From positions 1 to 56,949 of the IMG/VR virus record IMGVR_UViG_3300037440_000905: 56,949 nt of DNA; one strand, 5' to 3'. The notes beneath the pieces are model-generated. The model saw only the letters and a list, made by a program, of their open reading frames with translations, had not been told where the DNA came from and searched no databases. Position 1 is the first letter of the stretch, and the number at the start of each line of letters is the position of its first letter. This DNA comes from a virus (Duplodnaviria; Caudoviricetes). This document shows, one piece after another, positions 38,441 through 47,992 of the stretch. Position numbers and translations under genes: made by a program.

Positions 38441-38728
38441 ATGAGCCTCACTGAAATTTCCAAAGAATCGCCAGAGCCAAGGTGCCGCAAATGCGGACGC
38501 ACGGTCGGGAGATTTGACGGCCCCATAGCACCCATCCGTCTTTTGTGGATCGATGGCGCATGGGAGTGCGCGCACAGTTGCCCAATGGACCATGAACAAC
38601 GGGTGGTCGTGGATCTTGAGGGTATTCCACTGGAAATCAAGGACGCCGCTACGCGGTTGCATCATTACTTTGCAAAACAAGGCATTAAGACGTGGGCGCT
38701 TATGAACGTGCAGTCCCGTGATATGTAA
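38441..38728 (+). CDS. Hypothetical zinc-binding protein
   Basis: CRKC...CAHSC; C-terminal module paralogous to the N-terminus of the previous gene. Confidence 0.5.
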   Translation: MSLTEISKESPEPRCRKCGRTVGRFDGPIAPIRLLWIDGAWECAHSCPMDHEQRVVVDLEGIPLEIKDAATRLHHYFAKQGIKTWALMNVQSRDM

Positions 38729-38747
38729 ATGGATCCCAACCAAAATT

Positions 38748-39566
38748 ATGAATCTTCGTGTCAGACGTGATGCCGGAATAGGAGATGCCGTTTGCGCGAC
38801 CATCGTTGCGGACAAGCTTCTGAACATGGGCCATGAGGTTCTGTTTGAAACCAACACTCAAATCGTTCCGGTTCTAAGCCATCATCCACGGCTCAAAATA
38901 ATGTCCAGATCCGCATTGATTCCCCACATCGATTTGAATGGAGCCTATGAAAATCGTCCAGATAGAAGAACGCGACACTTCCACGACATGTTCTTTGACG
39001 CGGCCAGGGAACAAGTGAGAAAATTCGGAATCGATTTGGGCTTTCCGGAATCGTTGAAACCCGAACTGGTCGTCTCTGCATCGGTTACCAAACAATACTC
39101 GCAACGATTGGAACACTTTGCCAGGCCCTGGATCTTTATCTGTCCAGGATCAAAGTTCTACAACGTGCGCAGAGTCGCCGATGCCGTATGGCGTGAAGCA
39201 GCTCCAAAATTCCCGGGAACGAAATTCTGGATTGGAATACATCCGGCGCCATTGGGAGTGCAGGATTTGATGGTGAGAAAAATTTCCGATCTGACCCCGT
39301 GGATTTCCTGCGCGCAACTGCTTGTCACAGGGGATACAGGTCCCATGCATATCGCCGGGGCATTGGGAGTCCCCATGGTCATCATCGAGCAATCCAGCGA
39401 TCCAAAACTCCACCTGCTTCCAGGCCGATGGAGAACCATCGCTCCGGACCTGGATTGCTTGAACTGCCAGAAAAACATATGCCCGATCAGCAGGTATCGG
39501 CCTCCATGTCAGTACGTCGATCCGGATAAACTCGTCGAATGCGTCAAGGAGGAGTTGGCATCATGA
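38748..39566 (+). CDS. Glycosyltransferase, GT9 (heptosyltransferase-like, GT-B)
   Basis: GIGDAV at the N-terminus; LLVTGDTGPMHIAGALGVP; C-terminal CLNC...CP...C. Confidence 0.85.
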   Translation: MNLRVRRDAGIGDAVCATIVADKLLNMGHEVLFETNTQIVPVLSHHPRLKIMSRSALIPHIDLNGAYENRPDRRTRHFHDMFFDAAREQVRKFGIDLGFPESLKPELVVSASVTKQYSQRLEHFARPWIFICPGSKFYNVRRVADAVWREAAPKFPGTKFWIGIHPAPLGVQDLMVRKISDLTPWISCAQLLVTGDTGPMHIAGALGVPMVIIEQSSDPKLHLLPGRWRTIAPDLDCLNCQKNICPISRYRPPCQYVDPDKLVECVKEELAS

Positions 39567-40429
39567 TGAAACGATGCTGGATGATTTCCGGAACGCCGCC
39601 GGTGTTCGTGCTCATGGGCCGATTCGGAGACCTTTGCCAGATGATTCCAAGCTTTCAACGGATCAAGGAGGCCGTGGGTAGACCGCCCGTGGTCATCACC
39701 AGCACCGATTACATGTCCATTTTGCAGGGCGCCTCTTACGTCGATTGCAGACCCATCGCCGGCCATTGGTATGGCGCCTTGGAGAAGGCAAAGTTTTACG
39801 CCCGGTCCATCTCCATGGAAGAACCAACCCGCTATTGGAACGAAGACCCAAAATGCGAACATTCAATCGGATGGAACAAGCAGGGGTGGGCAACGCTCCA
39901 ATGCCACGGACTCAATCACGGAGTCAACATGGCCCTGGACCCGGATTACGGTTCCTCCATGGCCAGGCGCGCTGGTTTTGACCGTAAGGAATTTATAAAC
40001 TCCACACTGGTTTTCGATCGCAGAAATCCAGTTCGTGAAGCGCAGTTTTCCTCCACCATAATCAATCCCCATCGGCCGACAATATTGGTCAATCTTGGCG
40101 GCATCAGCAGCCCATTCCCGCACGCCGCACCCATCATGGAGATCATCAAGTCGACCGGCGCGCACGTCGTCAATCTGCTTCGATTCCGGTGCAGCATGAT
40201 TTACGATCTCTTGGGGGCTTTCGACCGGGCCGCCGCGGTGGTCACGTGCGACACGTCAACCTTGCACCTGGCCCATGGATCACCGACTCCTTACGCCGCT
40301 TTTACCGTGGATGGATGGACGACATCGGTCCCCAAAGGCAATTGCCAGTTGGAAATAAAGTACAGCCGCGCGATGGAACAAAAAGAAAAATTCCGAGAGT
40401 GGATTCAAACTGCGGTGAACAAATCATGA
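39563..40429 (+). CDS. Second GT9-like glycosyltransferase
   Basis: GRFGDL at the N-terminus; VVTCDTSTLHLAHG. Confidence 0.7.
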   Translation: MMKRCWMISGTPPVFVLMGRFGDLCQMIPSFQRIKEAVGRPPVVITSTDYMSILQGASYVDCRPIAGHWYGALEKAKFYARSISMEEPTRYWNEDPKCEHSIGWNKQGWATLQCHGLNHGVNMALDPDYGSSMARRAGFDRKEFINSTLVFDRRNPVREAQFSSTIINPHRPTILVNLGGISSPFPHAAPIMEIIKSTGAHVVNLLRFRCSMIYDLLGAFDRAAAVVTCDTSTLHLAHGSPTPYAAFTVDGWTTSVPKGNCQLEIKYSRAMEQKEKFREWIQTAVNKS

Positions 40430-41142
40430 TTCATTTTTATTCGCATTACAAACCCGACGATCCGGATGCCGTTCGTTGCCTGGAAATGGCCGCCCGAAGC
40501 TGGGAGAAAATCGATTGGATCGAAAGACCGGTTACGACCGCTGAACTTCCAAGACTCTTCACATTGGACAAAAGATCCATCCCTTACGTGCGCGACGTGT
40601 TCGATCTTGGAATTCAGGGCGTCGAAGATCAGGAGATCTGTGTTTACACCAATATCGACATTCAGGTTCGATCCGATGCCGGTGAAATCATAGGCAAAAC
40701 CTTGAATGGAATTGATGCCTGTTACGGTTTCAGAAGGGATTTTCCACCAGGCCAAACGGCTCCCATTGCCGATCATCTTTATCGAACCGGACACAATTAC
40801 TGCGGCAGTGACATGTACGCGTTCAGGGCCGGTTGGTGGAGAAAAAACAGATCCATGATGCCCGACATGCTCATCGCCCATGAATTGTGGGACGCGGTCC
40901 TTCGCCATTTGATTGACATGACGCATCCAGGCAAAGGGACAGGAATGCTGGATCTGTGCGCCCACGAGAAAAACGGAGACAGCTGGTGGGAGAAGCCTCG
41001 AAATCGATACACCTTGCGCGGCCAAATCCACAATCTCTCGCACGGAGTCCGCTGGCTCAAAGCAAACGGGTTCAACCCAGCCCACCATGGAGTGCCCCAT
41101 CATTTTGCGCGCATGCATATCTCGGGAGGAGGAAATTCATGA
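40426..41142 (+). CDS. Putative GT-A-fold glycosyltransferase
   Basis: PYVRDV...VYTNIDI (DxD-like)...GSDMYAF...WD motif. Confidence 0.55.
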   Translation: MIHFYSHYKPDDPDAVRCLEMAARSWEKIDWIERPVTTAELPRLFTLDKRSIPYVRDVFDLGIQGVEDQEICVYTNIDIQVRSDAGEIIGKTLNGIDACYGFRRDFPPGQTAPIADHLYRTGHNYCGSDMYAFRAGWWRKNRSMMPDMLIAHELWDAVLRHLIDMTHPGKGTGMLDLCAHEKNGDSWWEKPRNRYTLRGQIHNLSHGVRWLKANGFNPAHHGVPHHFARMHISGGGNS

Positions 41143-42092
41143 GATGGCTTTTGATCAGCTCAATCCATAATCCAGGTGATTCATTCGCCAGATTTGGCGT
41201 CGAAGATCTCATCCGGGAAATCGACCAGGAGGCTCTCTTCCATGTGCTCGACAAGGAAAACCCTGACGCATGGAATCCCGTGCCATTCGATCGAGCCGTT
41301 CTTTGCGGCATGCCGGCGCTGTGGAGCCACGAGAATCAGAGCAGTACTGAAATTTGGTGGTGGGAAAAGCTTTTCGACGGTTGGATCACGGAAAACCCAA
41401 AACGTTTCATCGCGATCGGAATCGGTGAAGTGGTTGGAAAAGACGGAATTCACGATCCCAAAGCTTGGCAGGACGCCGTTGAAGTTCTGGTGTCCAAAAG
41501 TTTTGCCATCACCAGCCGCCATGAACTCACTCTCCACGACCCAAGAATCATTCAAGGCATTTGCCCGTCGTTCTTCGTGAACAGTCCAACATTCGATCCC
41601 GAGAAGAAACCACGAAGCTACTGCAATTTGATGCGCCATGGAGCCCATGATCCTTTCATGAACCCAGAGGAATCTAGGGTCTGGGAAAAATCGGTAGTCC
41701 CGCTTGCAAAAAAGTTGATCGAAGACGGATACGGATTTGTCGCCCATGATGCCGATGAAGTGCGCTTTGCGGCGGAACTGGGCTTCACCGATATCCATAT
41801 TTTCTTTGATCACCGGGAATACCTCAAACTTTACAAACAGTGCGACCGCTTCGTCGGCAACAGAATCCATGGCGCCGCCATGGCTTACCTCTTTGGAGCG
41901 CAAGTCATGTGTGTCGCCTATGATTCCAGAATCTACCTTCTTAGGGCGGTTGGAGGAAAAGCCATTTATCCCAGTCAAATGGACTGGGATCTGTACGAAT
42001 TCGACACGTTACGAAATCTGAGTATCATCCATCTCGAACGTCAGAAGACCAAATCGTTGTTGAAAGCGTTCATGGATTACAATGACCACTGA
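41139..42092 (+). CDS. Polysaccharide pyruvyltransferase-like protein
   Basis: NPGD at the N-terminus, IGIG, SR...CPS, VGNRIHGAAMAYLFG, DSR. Confidence 0.7.
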   Translation: MRWLLISSIHNPGDSFARFGVEDLIREIDQEALFHVLDKENPDAWNPVPFDRAVLCGMPALWSHENQSSTEIWWWEKLFDGWITENPKRFIAIGIGEVVGKDGIHDPKAWQDAVEVLVSKSFAITSRHELTLHDPRIIQGICPSFFVNSPTFDPEKKPRSYCNLMRHGAHDPFMNPEESRVWEKSVVPLAKKLIEDGYGFVAHDADEVRFAAELGFTDIHIFFDHREYLKLYKQCDRFVGNRIHGAAMAYLFGAQVMCVAYDSRIYLLRAVGGKAIYPSQMDWDLYEFDTLRNLSIIHLERQKTKSLLKAFMDYNDH

Positions 42093-42097
42093 ACCGA

Positions 42098-42113
42098 TGT
42101 TCCACGTGGAACA
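42098..42113. promoter_or_regulatory. parS centromere-like site (ParB-binding palindrome)
   Basis: TGTTCCACGTGGAACA matches the chromosomal parS consensus; embedded in a 28-bp perfect palindrome (42092-42119) followed by Ts, so it may also act as a terminator. Confidence 0.75.
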
Positions 42114-42174
42114 TCGGTTTTTCGCGTCAGGAAGTTCTTGAGCTTGGAGGCTTTGGGGCGTAAACCATTATCCT

Positions 42175-44496
42175 ATGGTTCAATTCAAGGATCCCGCCGA
42201 AGTCGAAATGGTCTGCCATCAGATGCGTCTTTCCGATTACCCGCGCTCTTTGAACCGTGCGTTGATCAATTCGCTTGCCAACGGCGGAACTCCCTACACC
42301 AAAGAGGAGGAAGTCGAAAACCACATCAAAATCAACGTAAACGATCTGACTCTGACACGCGAACTTCACGACGCCCGCACACAGTTCTCCTCTGCGTTCA
42401 CCAAACCCGGAACTTTTTTCACCTGCCGCACTGACATGGGTCCCGTCCATAAACGAGATGAGTGGAGCGCCATAGTCACCACTGAAATCAACCGGCTGAT
42501 GAAACGGTCCCTTGGATTCTACGAATCGTTCAGGGCCAAGTTCGCCCAAACCATCCTTCACGGTATCGGCCCTTCCATCTTCCCCGACCAGGACAAATGG
42601 TGCCCCAAACCCTTGGGCATCGAGGACATCATGATTCCAAGCCAGACGCTCCTCTCAGATCTGGCCGAGAACAACGTGCCTTACATTGCCATCTACCGGA
42701 GTTTTAAAGCCCCTGAGTTGATGCGCTTGACGCGTGGAGCGAAGGTCGATCCTGGTTGGAAGATGCCGGCCGTCAACCAAAGCCTCAAATGGATCGACGA
42801 GCAAACCCGGGTCAACTGCAGCCAAAACTGGCCGGAAATTTGGGCACCGGAGAAAAGGGAGGAACGGACCAAGAGCGACGGAGGCGTTTACGCGAGCGAC
42901 GCGGCGCCGCGCATCAATGCATGGGACTTCTACTTCTACAACGAGCAAGGCAAACATTCCGGCTGGCGCCGGCGAATGATCCTGGACGCATGGACGAGTC
43001 CTTCTCCACTGGCAAGTGGGGTGACCTCAAATCCTGATCCTGGTAAATCCTGGGCACGCGGGCAATGGCTTTACTCGAGCGATCGTGTCGTCGCCTCGCA
43101 CCTTTGCGAGGTAATCAATTTCCAGTTCGCAGACCTCTCAGCGGTGGCACCTTTCAATTATCATTCGGTACGGTCCCTGGGTTACCTGCTCTATTCGGTG
43201 TGCCATTTGCAGAATCGAGTCAACTGCCGATTCGACGAGGCGCTCTTTGAATCGTTGCTCATGTACTTCCGGGTCAAAAGTGGTGATGACATGCAAAGGG
43301 CTCTGAAAATCGAACTGGCCAGTATCGGAATCATCGAGGAAGGAATCGAATTCGTGCCGGCTGCCGAACGTTATCAACCCAACGCGCCCTTCATCAGCCT
43401 TGGATTGCAGCGCATCGCCGATACCATAAAGCGCAACGCCCAATCCTATACGGGCAACACCATCAACGCTCCCGACCGCAGGGAAATCACCGCCACGCAG
43501 TTCATGGGCGAACAGCAAACGGCCGTGCAGCTTGTCTCCGCGGGTCTCGCCCAGGCGTATCAGTATCAAATGCCCGAGTATCGGGAAATTCTACGCCGCT
43601 TTTTCAGAAGGAATTCTCGTGATGTCGATGTCCGACAATTTCGCGCCCGGGTTTTGCAGCGTGGCGTACCTGAAGAGCATCTGAACGTTGAATGCTGGGA
43701 CGTTGAAGCCGAAAGGATCCTGGGCGCCGGCAACAAAACCCTGGAACTTGCGATCGCCGAGAAGCTGCTTGCGCTCCGCCCGGCTCTGGATCCGGAACCT
43801 CAAAGGCAAGTCCTGCGCAAAGCCATCCTTGCCTACACCGACGATCCTTCCCAATCTCTTGCACTGGTTCCCGAACAGCCCAAGATCTCTGATTCGGTTC
43901 ATGACGCCCAGTTGGCCGCGGGCTCGCTCATGGGAGGATTTCCGGTGGCGATCAAGAGCGGGATCAACCATCTTGATTACGTGGAGGCCATGATGGCTAA
44001 TATTGCGCTCAAGATCTCGGAGATACGATCCCGGGACAACATGGGCACGATCGAGGAGTTGCAGGGATTGGACAACATGATGACCCACATGATGGAGCAC
44101 ATCTCCATCCTCGCCCAGGATCCGGAAGCCAAGCAAGTGGTGGCGGCATTGAATCAGAAAACCCATGAGCTGGAAAACTTGTTCAAGGGTTTCGTCCAAC
44201 GCCTGCAGGAAGCCATGAAAGCCCAGGCTCAAGAGCAGGGCAGCCAACCAGATCCTGAAACCATGGCCAAGATCCAAGCCATGATGATGCAGTCCCAAGC
44301 CAAATCCGAGAACACCCGCGAAAGCCACGCCCAGCGCACCGCCCAGCGCCAAATCGCTTTTGAACTGGAACAGGAACGCAAAGGCCAGGAGTTTGCCGCC
44401 GACCAGGAACGCGAGAACGCTCGAACGGCCGCTGAGATAACCCGTGAATCAATAAAGGAAGCCAATGAGCCCAAAGGAACGCCTGCATCTCGATAA
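42175..44496 (+). CDS. Portal protein
   Basis: 773 aa, first gene of the head module; EITATQ motif and Gln-rich coiled-coil C-terminal barrel as in P22-like portals. Confidence 0.75.
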   Translation: MVQFKDPAEVEMVCHQMRLSDYPRSLNRALINSLANGGTPYTKEEEVENHIKINVNDLTLTRELHDARTQFSSAFTKPGTFFTCRTDMGPVHKRDEWSAIVTTEINRLMKRSLGFYESFRAKFAQTILHGIGPSIFPDQDKWCPKPLGIEDIMIPSQTLLSDLAENNVPYIAIYRSFKAPELMRLTRGAKVDPGWKMPAVNQSLKWIDEQTRVNCSQNWPEIWAPEKREERTKSDGGVYASDAAPRINAWDFYFYNEQGKHSGWRRRMILDAWTSPSPLASGVTSNPDPGKSWARGQWLYSSDRVVASHLCEVINFQFADLSAVAPFNYHSVRSLGYLLYSVCHLQNRVNCRFDEALFESLLMYFRVKSGDDMQRALKIELASIGIIEEGIEFVPAAERYQPNAPFISLGLQRIADTIKRNAQSYTGNTINAPDRREITATQFMGEQQTAVQLVSAGLAQAYQYQMPEYREILRRFFRRNSRDVDVRQFRARVLQRGVPEEHLNVECWDVEAERILGAGNKTLELAIAEKLLALRPALDPEPQRQVLRKAILAYTDDPSQSLALVPEQPKISDSVHDAQLAAGSLMGGFPVAIKSGINHLDYVEAMMANIALKISEIRSRDNMGTIEELQGLDNMMTHMMEHISILAQDPEAKQVVAALNQKTHELENLFKGFVQRLQEAMKAQAQEQGSQPDPETMAKIQAMMMQSQAKSENTRESHAQRTAQRQIAFELEQERKGQEFAADQERENARTAAEITRESIKEANEPKGTPASR

Positions 44497-44728
44497 AAAC
44501 ATCGTCCAATCCGTCGTGAGATTCGTGATGCAACCCCAAATGCAGGGGACTTTGGACTTGGCTATTCTGGAAATGGCCCATCAACTCTCTAAGTCCAGGG
44601 AGCCGGCCGATTCTTTGCACTGGAAACAAGCCGGCGCTTTGGAGTTCTGCCAGATCCTTTTGAATTTGGGCAACCTGCCTGAAATTCCCAAACGCCAACC
44701 CCCAACCCAGTTAAACCACAATGCCTGA
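44465..44728 (+). CDS. Small head-module protein
   Basis: 87-aa ORF between portal and scaffold, overlapping both. Confidence 0.55.
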   Translation: MSPKERLHLDKNIVQSVVRFVMQPQMQGTLDLAILEMAHQLSKSREPADSLHWKQAGALEFCQILLNLGNLPEIPKRQPPTQLNHNA

Positions 44729-46037
44729 ACCTACGATCGCCCCAGCGCCGGTTTCCACACCGCCCCAAACTCCTTCTCCGTCCGCTCCACCGCCAAAGCC
44801 CAGCGGCAGCGCGTTGCCTCCGAGCAGTGGGGAAATCCATTTTGGACAGTTGAGCGCCGAGCCAGAGGCGCCCAAACCCACTTCGCGCAGAGCCAAAATG
44901 TTCGAGGATCTTCAGAAGGTGGCCAATAAGTCCAATCCCCAACCCAAGCCCGAACCCAAACCCAAACCTGAGCCCGCCGAACCGCCGGAGCCGCAAGCGC
45001 CCCCTCCCGAGGGGGCATCGGATGATGACATTGACGATTTGGCGGACCTGAAAACTTCCAAGGAAACGCCTGAAGAGAAGGGCAAGAAACCAAGTCCGTG
45101 GAAGATCGCCGAGGAGTACAAGAAAAAGTCTGCTCAGTTGGAGAAGGAACTGGCTGAGGCACGCGCCAATTCCACGGCCAAAAAGGAATACGAGGACTTG
45201 CAGAAGCAGTTCAAAGAAATGAGTGAGCGTACTGCCCAAATGGAGGAGGAACTGCGTTACGTCGATTACCAGACGAGCGATGAGTTCAAAAAGCAGTACA
45301 AAGAGCCATATGAAGCGGCTTGGAAGCAAGCCATGGACGAGTTGGGCCAATTGACTGTCGAGGACGCCGGAACAACGCGCTACATGAACGCGGATGATTT
45401 ACTTCAATTGGTCAGACTCCCTCTACAGAAGGCCAAGGAAGTTGCCAAGGCTCAATTTGGCGATCTTGCGGAAGATGTCATGTCCCATCGCAAGGAGATC
45501 AAACGCTTGTTTGACGTGCAATTGAAAGTGTTGGAGGAGGCAAAAACCGTGGGTGCCGAACGCCAAAAACAACTCGTCATGGAGCATCAGGCCAAGCAGA
45601 AGGAATTGAGCGATCTTGTGGCAAAAAACTGGAATGAAGCGAACGAGGCCGTCGCCCAGGACGAGCGTTACGGGAAGTATTTTAGCGAGGATCCACAGGA
45701 CAAGGAAGCCAGTGAGCGTTTGCGCAAAGGCTTTGCCCTGGTCGACAAGGTATGGGCACAAAATCCCATGGACCCAAAGCATTCCCCCGAAGAGCGCGCG
45801 AGTATTGTCAGAAGTCACGCGCTTTTGCGCAATCGGGCCGCGGCTTTCGGACGGTTGGTTGTAACCAATCAAACCTTGGAAAAGCGCGTCGCGCAGTTGA
45901 CCGAGGAATTGGAAGCCTTTAAGGCAAGTGAACCAACGCGCACCGGCAGCGAATCCACTTCCGGACAGCCTCAAGGCAGGGTGCCATGGAGGCAAAGGAT
46001 GGAAGCCGACTTGGCGAAACTTGCCAGTGCCCGGTAG
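44721..46037 (+). CDS. Capsid scaffolding protein
   Basis: Pro-rich N-terminus and Glu/Lys coiled coils, immediately upstream of the capsid gene. Confidence 0.7.
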   Translation: MPEPTIAPAPVSTPPQTPSPSAPPPKPSGSALPPSSGEIHFGQLSAEPEAPKPTSRRAKMFEDLQKVANKSNPQPKPEPKPKPEPAEPPEPQAPPPEGASDDDIDDLADLKTSKETPEEKGKKPSPWKIAEEYKKKSAQLEKELAEARANSTAKKEYEDLQKQFKEMSERTAQMEEELRYVDYQTSDEFKKQYKEPYEAAWKQAMDELGQLTVEDAGTTRYMNADDLLQLVRLPLQKAKEVAKAQFGDLAEDVMSHRKEIKRLFDVQLKVLEEAKTVGAERQKQLVMEHQAKQKELSDLVAKNWNEANEAVAQDERYGKYFSEDPQDKEASERLRKGFALVDKVWAQNPMDPKHSPEERASIVRSHALLRNRAAAFGRLVVTNQTLEKRVAQLTEELEAFKASEPTRTGSESTSGQPQGRVPWRQRMEADLAKLASAR

Positions 46038-46046
46038 AAAAGGCCA

Positions 46047-46075
46047 TTGACACGATTTTAATCCGAGTGTAGGAC
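46047..46075 (+). promoter_or_regulatory. Putative sigma70-type promoter for the major capsid gene
   Basis: TTGACA-17 bp-TAGGAC in the intergenic gap. Confidence 0.5.
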
Positions 46076-46270
46076 TTCCATCAGTTGTCCTTCAAAAAAA
46101 ATGAGCCGATTGGAAGGGCAGCGGTCGGCAGGCTGATCCGGAGCCAACAATCTGGTGCCCGCTTCTCAAGGCGTAGCTTCTAAAACGCCCCACACGCAAT
46201 AGAACCGCACGATGCACGATTGCATCTGCAAACTGCGTGAAAGATTTAAACCTTTACGTTTTAGAAACTT

Positions 46271-47656
46271 ATGGCTTGTCCAGACAGCAGCATCATCCAA
46301 GCGTGCGACTATCCCCAGTTTTTCATCGATCAAACCCCCAAGTTCGACGAGAAGATTTTGGAGGACATCAAGCCCACCGACGGTTGGCTGTATAACGTCA
46401 GCACGGGAACCACTCCGATGGGTACGTCCGTCGAAATTACCCAAGACCGTATGCGATCGGTTCACCCGAACACCACCAAGCAGTGGCGCCGGGTAGTAGC
46501 CAACGGCGTGGGTTGCACGGGTAATCCTTGTGATCCTCCCGAAAGCAAAATCGGGTGGGGAGCCGACCGGCTGACCTACTATGCCGAGGAACAGACCTGG
46601 GCCACGCCCTTGATCTGTTACAACCAGGCGATGCACATCACGCACGCGATGCAGGACATCGATCATTTGATCAGCAAGATTTTGAAGCCTGCGACTACGA
46701 TTATTTCGAGTGCTTTCCTGCGCAGACGCGCTCTTCAATGGGCCAAGTATCACACGACTGCCAATGCTTCTATGGAAGATTTTACCTTCCAATGGACGGC
46801 TCCAGCGGCGTTCCCGGACGAGGACATCTACTTCGACTGTTCGGTGGATCCTTCCAACGTGTATTTGTTGGTGCCGCAGATGTTGCAGCGCAATTTCTCG
46901 CGCGCGATGTTGGAAGGTTACGCCGGCGAGAATCCATTCAAAGAAACGTTGCCGTTCATCGAACTGGTTTCCGATCTGGACACGGTCCGAAACTTGGAAC
47001 GCCTGGGAACCCGGCAGGGCACGGGAGGCGGTTCATCTCCTTCCGTGATTGGTAATTGGCGTTTCTCCGAATGGGGCGCGGCCAGTGAGTATTGGCGCTA
47101 TGGGTTTTCTGGCCAGGTTGGTAATTACCTGGTTCGATCCGACGAGATGGGATTGCGTTTCAACTTCGTCACCGACCTGGGCGCGGGCGCGGCTCCCAAC
47201 CGTTACCGTTACCAAGTCTTGCAGCCATTTACAAACGTGCCTACAAGCGGCGCGGGCGGCGCGGTCGGTGAAGGTTCAGAGGTCAATGTGGATTTCCAGA
47301 ACGCCCAGTTCACCCTGACCTATCAGATGCACAAGAAAGGCATGGAACTGTTGGTTCCAGACGCGACTCCGCTCAATCCGGAAATGCCTTACGGCCATAA
47401 GGACTTCGGTGGAACCTGGCAATTCCAGATGGACAACTTGGGCGCCGACGCCTCGGGCCAGGTGATTGCCAATCCGTGGCGCAACAAGGGTCGTTTCGCG
47501 GCCTGGTTCAAGTATTACATCCGCCCGCTCCACACGGAGTTCATGCGGGTTTACTTCCATAAACGCGAACAGGAATGCATCCCCGAGATCGATACCTGCT
47601 CGCCTGATCCTGGTTATCCGAGCCAGAATTACTCTTCGGATCCGCCGACTTGCTAA
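46271..47656 (+). CDS. Major capsid protein
   Basis: 461 aa after the scaffold, with its own promoter and downstream hairpin; Cys-rich termini. Confidence 0.75.
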   Translation: MACPDSSIIQACDYPQFFIDQTPKFDEKILEDIKPTDGWLYNVSTGTTPMGTSVEITQDRMRSVHPNTTKQWRRVVANGVGCTGNPCDPPESKIGWGADRLTYYAEEQTWATPLICYNQAMHITHAMQDIDHLISKILKPATTIISSAFLRRRALQWAKYHTTANASMEDFTFQWTAPAAFPDEDIYFDCSVDPSNVYLLVPQMLQRNFSRAMLEGYAGENPFKETLPFIELVSDLDTVRNLERLGTRQGTGGGSSPSVIGNWRFSEWGAASEYWRYGFSGQVGNYLVRSDEMGLRFNFVTDLGAGAAPNRYRYQVLQPFTNVPTSGAGGAVGEGSEVNVDFQNAQFTLTYQMHKKGMELLVPDATPLNPEMPYGHKDFGGTWQFQMDNLGADASGQVIANPWRNKGRFAAWFKYYIRPLHTEFMRVYFHKREQECIPEIDTCSPDPGYPSQNYSSDPPTC

Positions 47657-47671
47657 TCTAGGCCGGGCGCA

Positions 47672-47722
47672 CCCCCGTCAACCGTTTCATGAAGGGTTGG
47701 GCGGTTGGCGGGGGCTATTTTC
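47672..47722 (+). terminator. Hairpin/terminator after the capsid gene
   Basis: cccccgtcaaccg...cggttggcggggg followed by ctatttt. Confidence 0.5.
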
Positions 47723-47749
47723 AACTCCAATCCCTTCAAACGTTTGGCC

Positions 47750-47989
47750 ATGGCAATTATTGACGAGGACATGTACGGCGACGCAAAGATGGAGATGGAG
47801 GAGGGCGAGCAACCGGCCAAGCAAACTCCCACGGCGCTGTTGCCAAAGTCGATCGCCATGGGAAAAGAAGTTGCCGTCGGCGATTCGATCCTCGTGACCG
47901 TGACGCGGATTTACGACGACGAGTTCGAAGTCGAATACGCCAAGAAAAAATCCAACGCGCCACCCATCGCAATGGAAGACCTGGAATAA
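47750..47989 (+). CDS. Small acidic protein
   Basis: TALLPKS...VGDSILVTVTRIYDDEFEVEY. Confidence 0.55.
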   Translation: MAIIDEDMYGDAKMEMEEGEQPAKQTPTALLPKSIAMGKEVAVGDSILVTVTRIYDDEFEVEYAKKKSNAPPIAMEDLE

Positions 47990-47992
47990 GCC

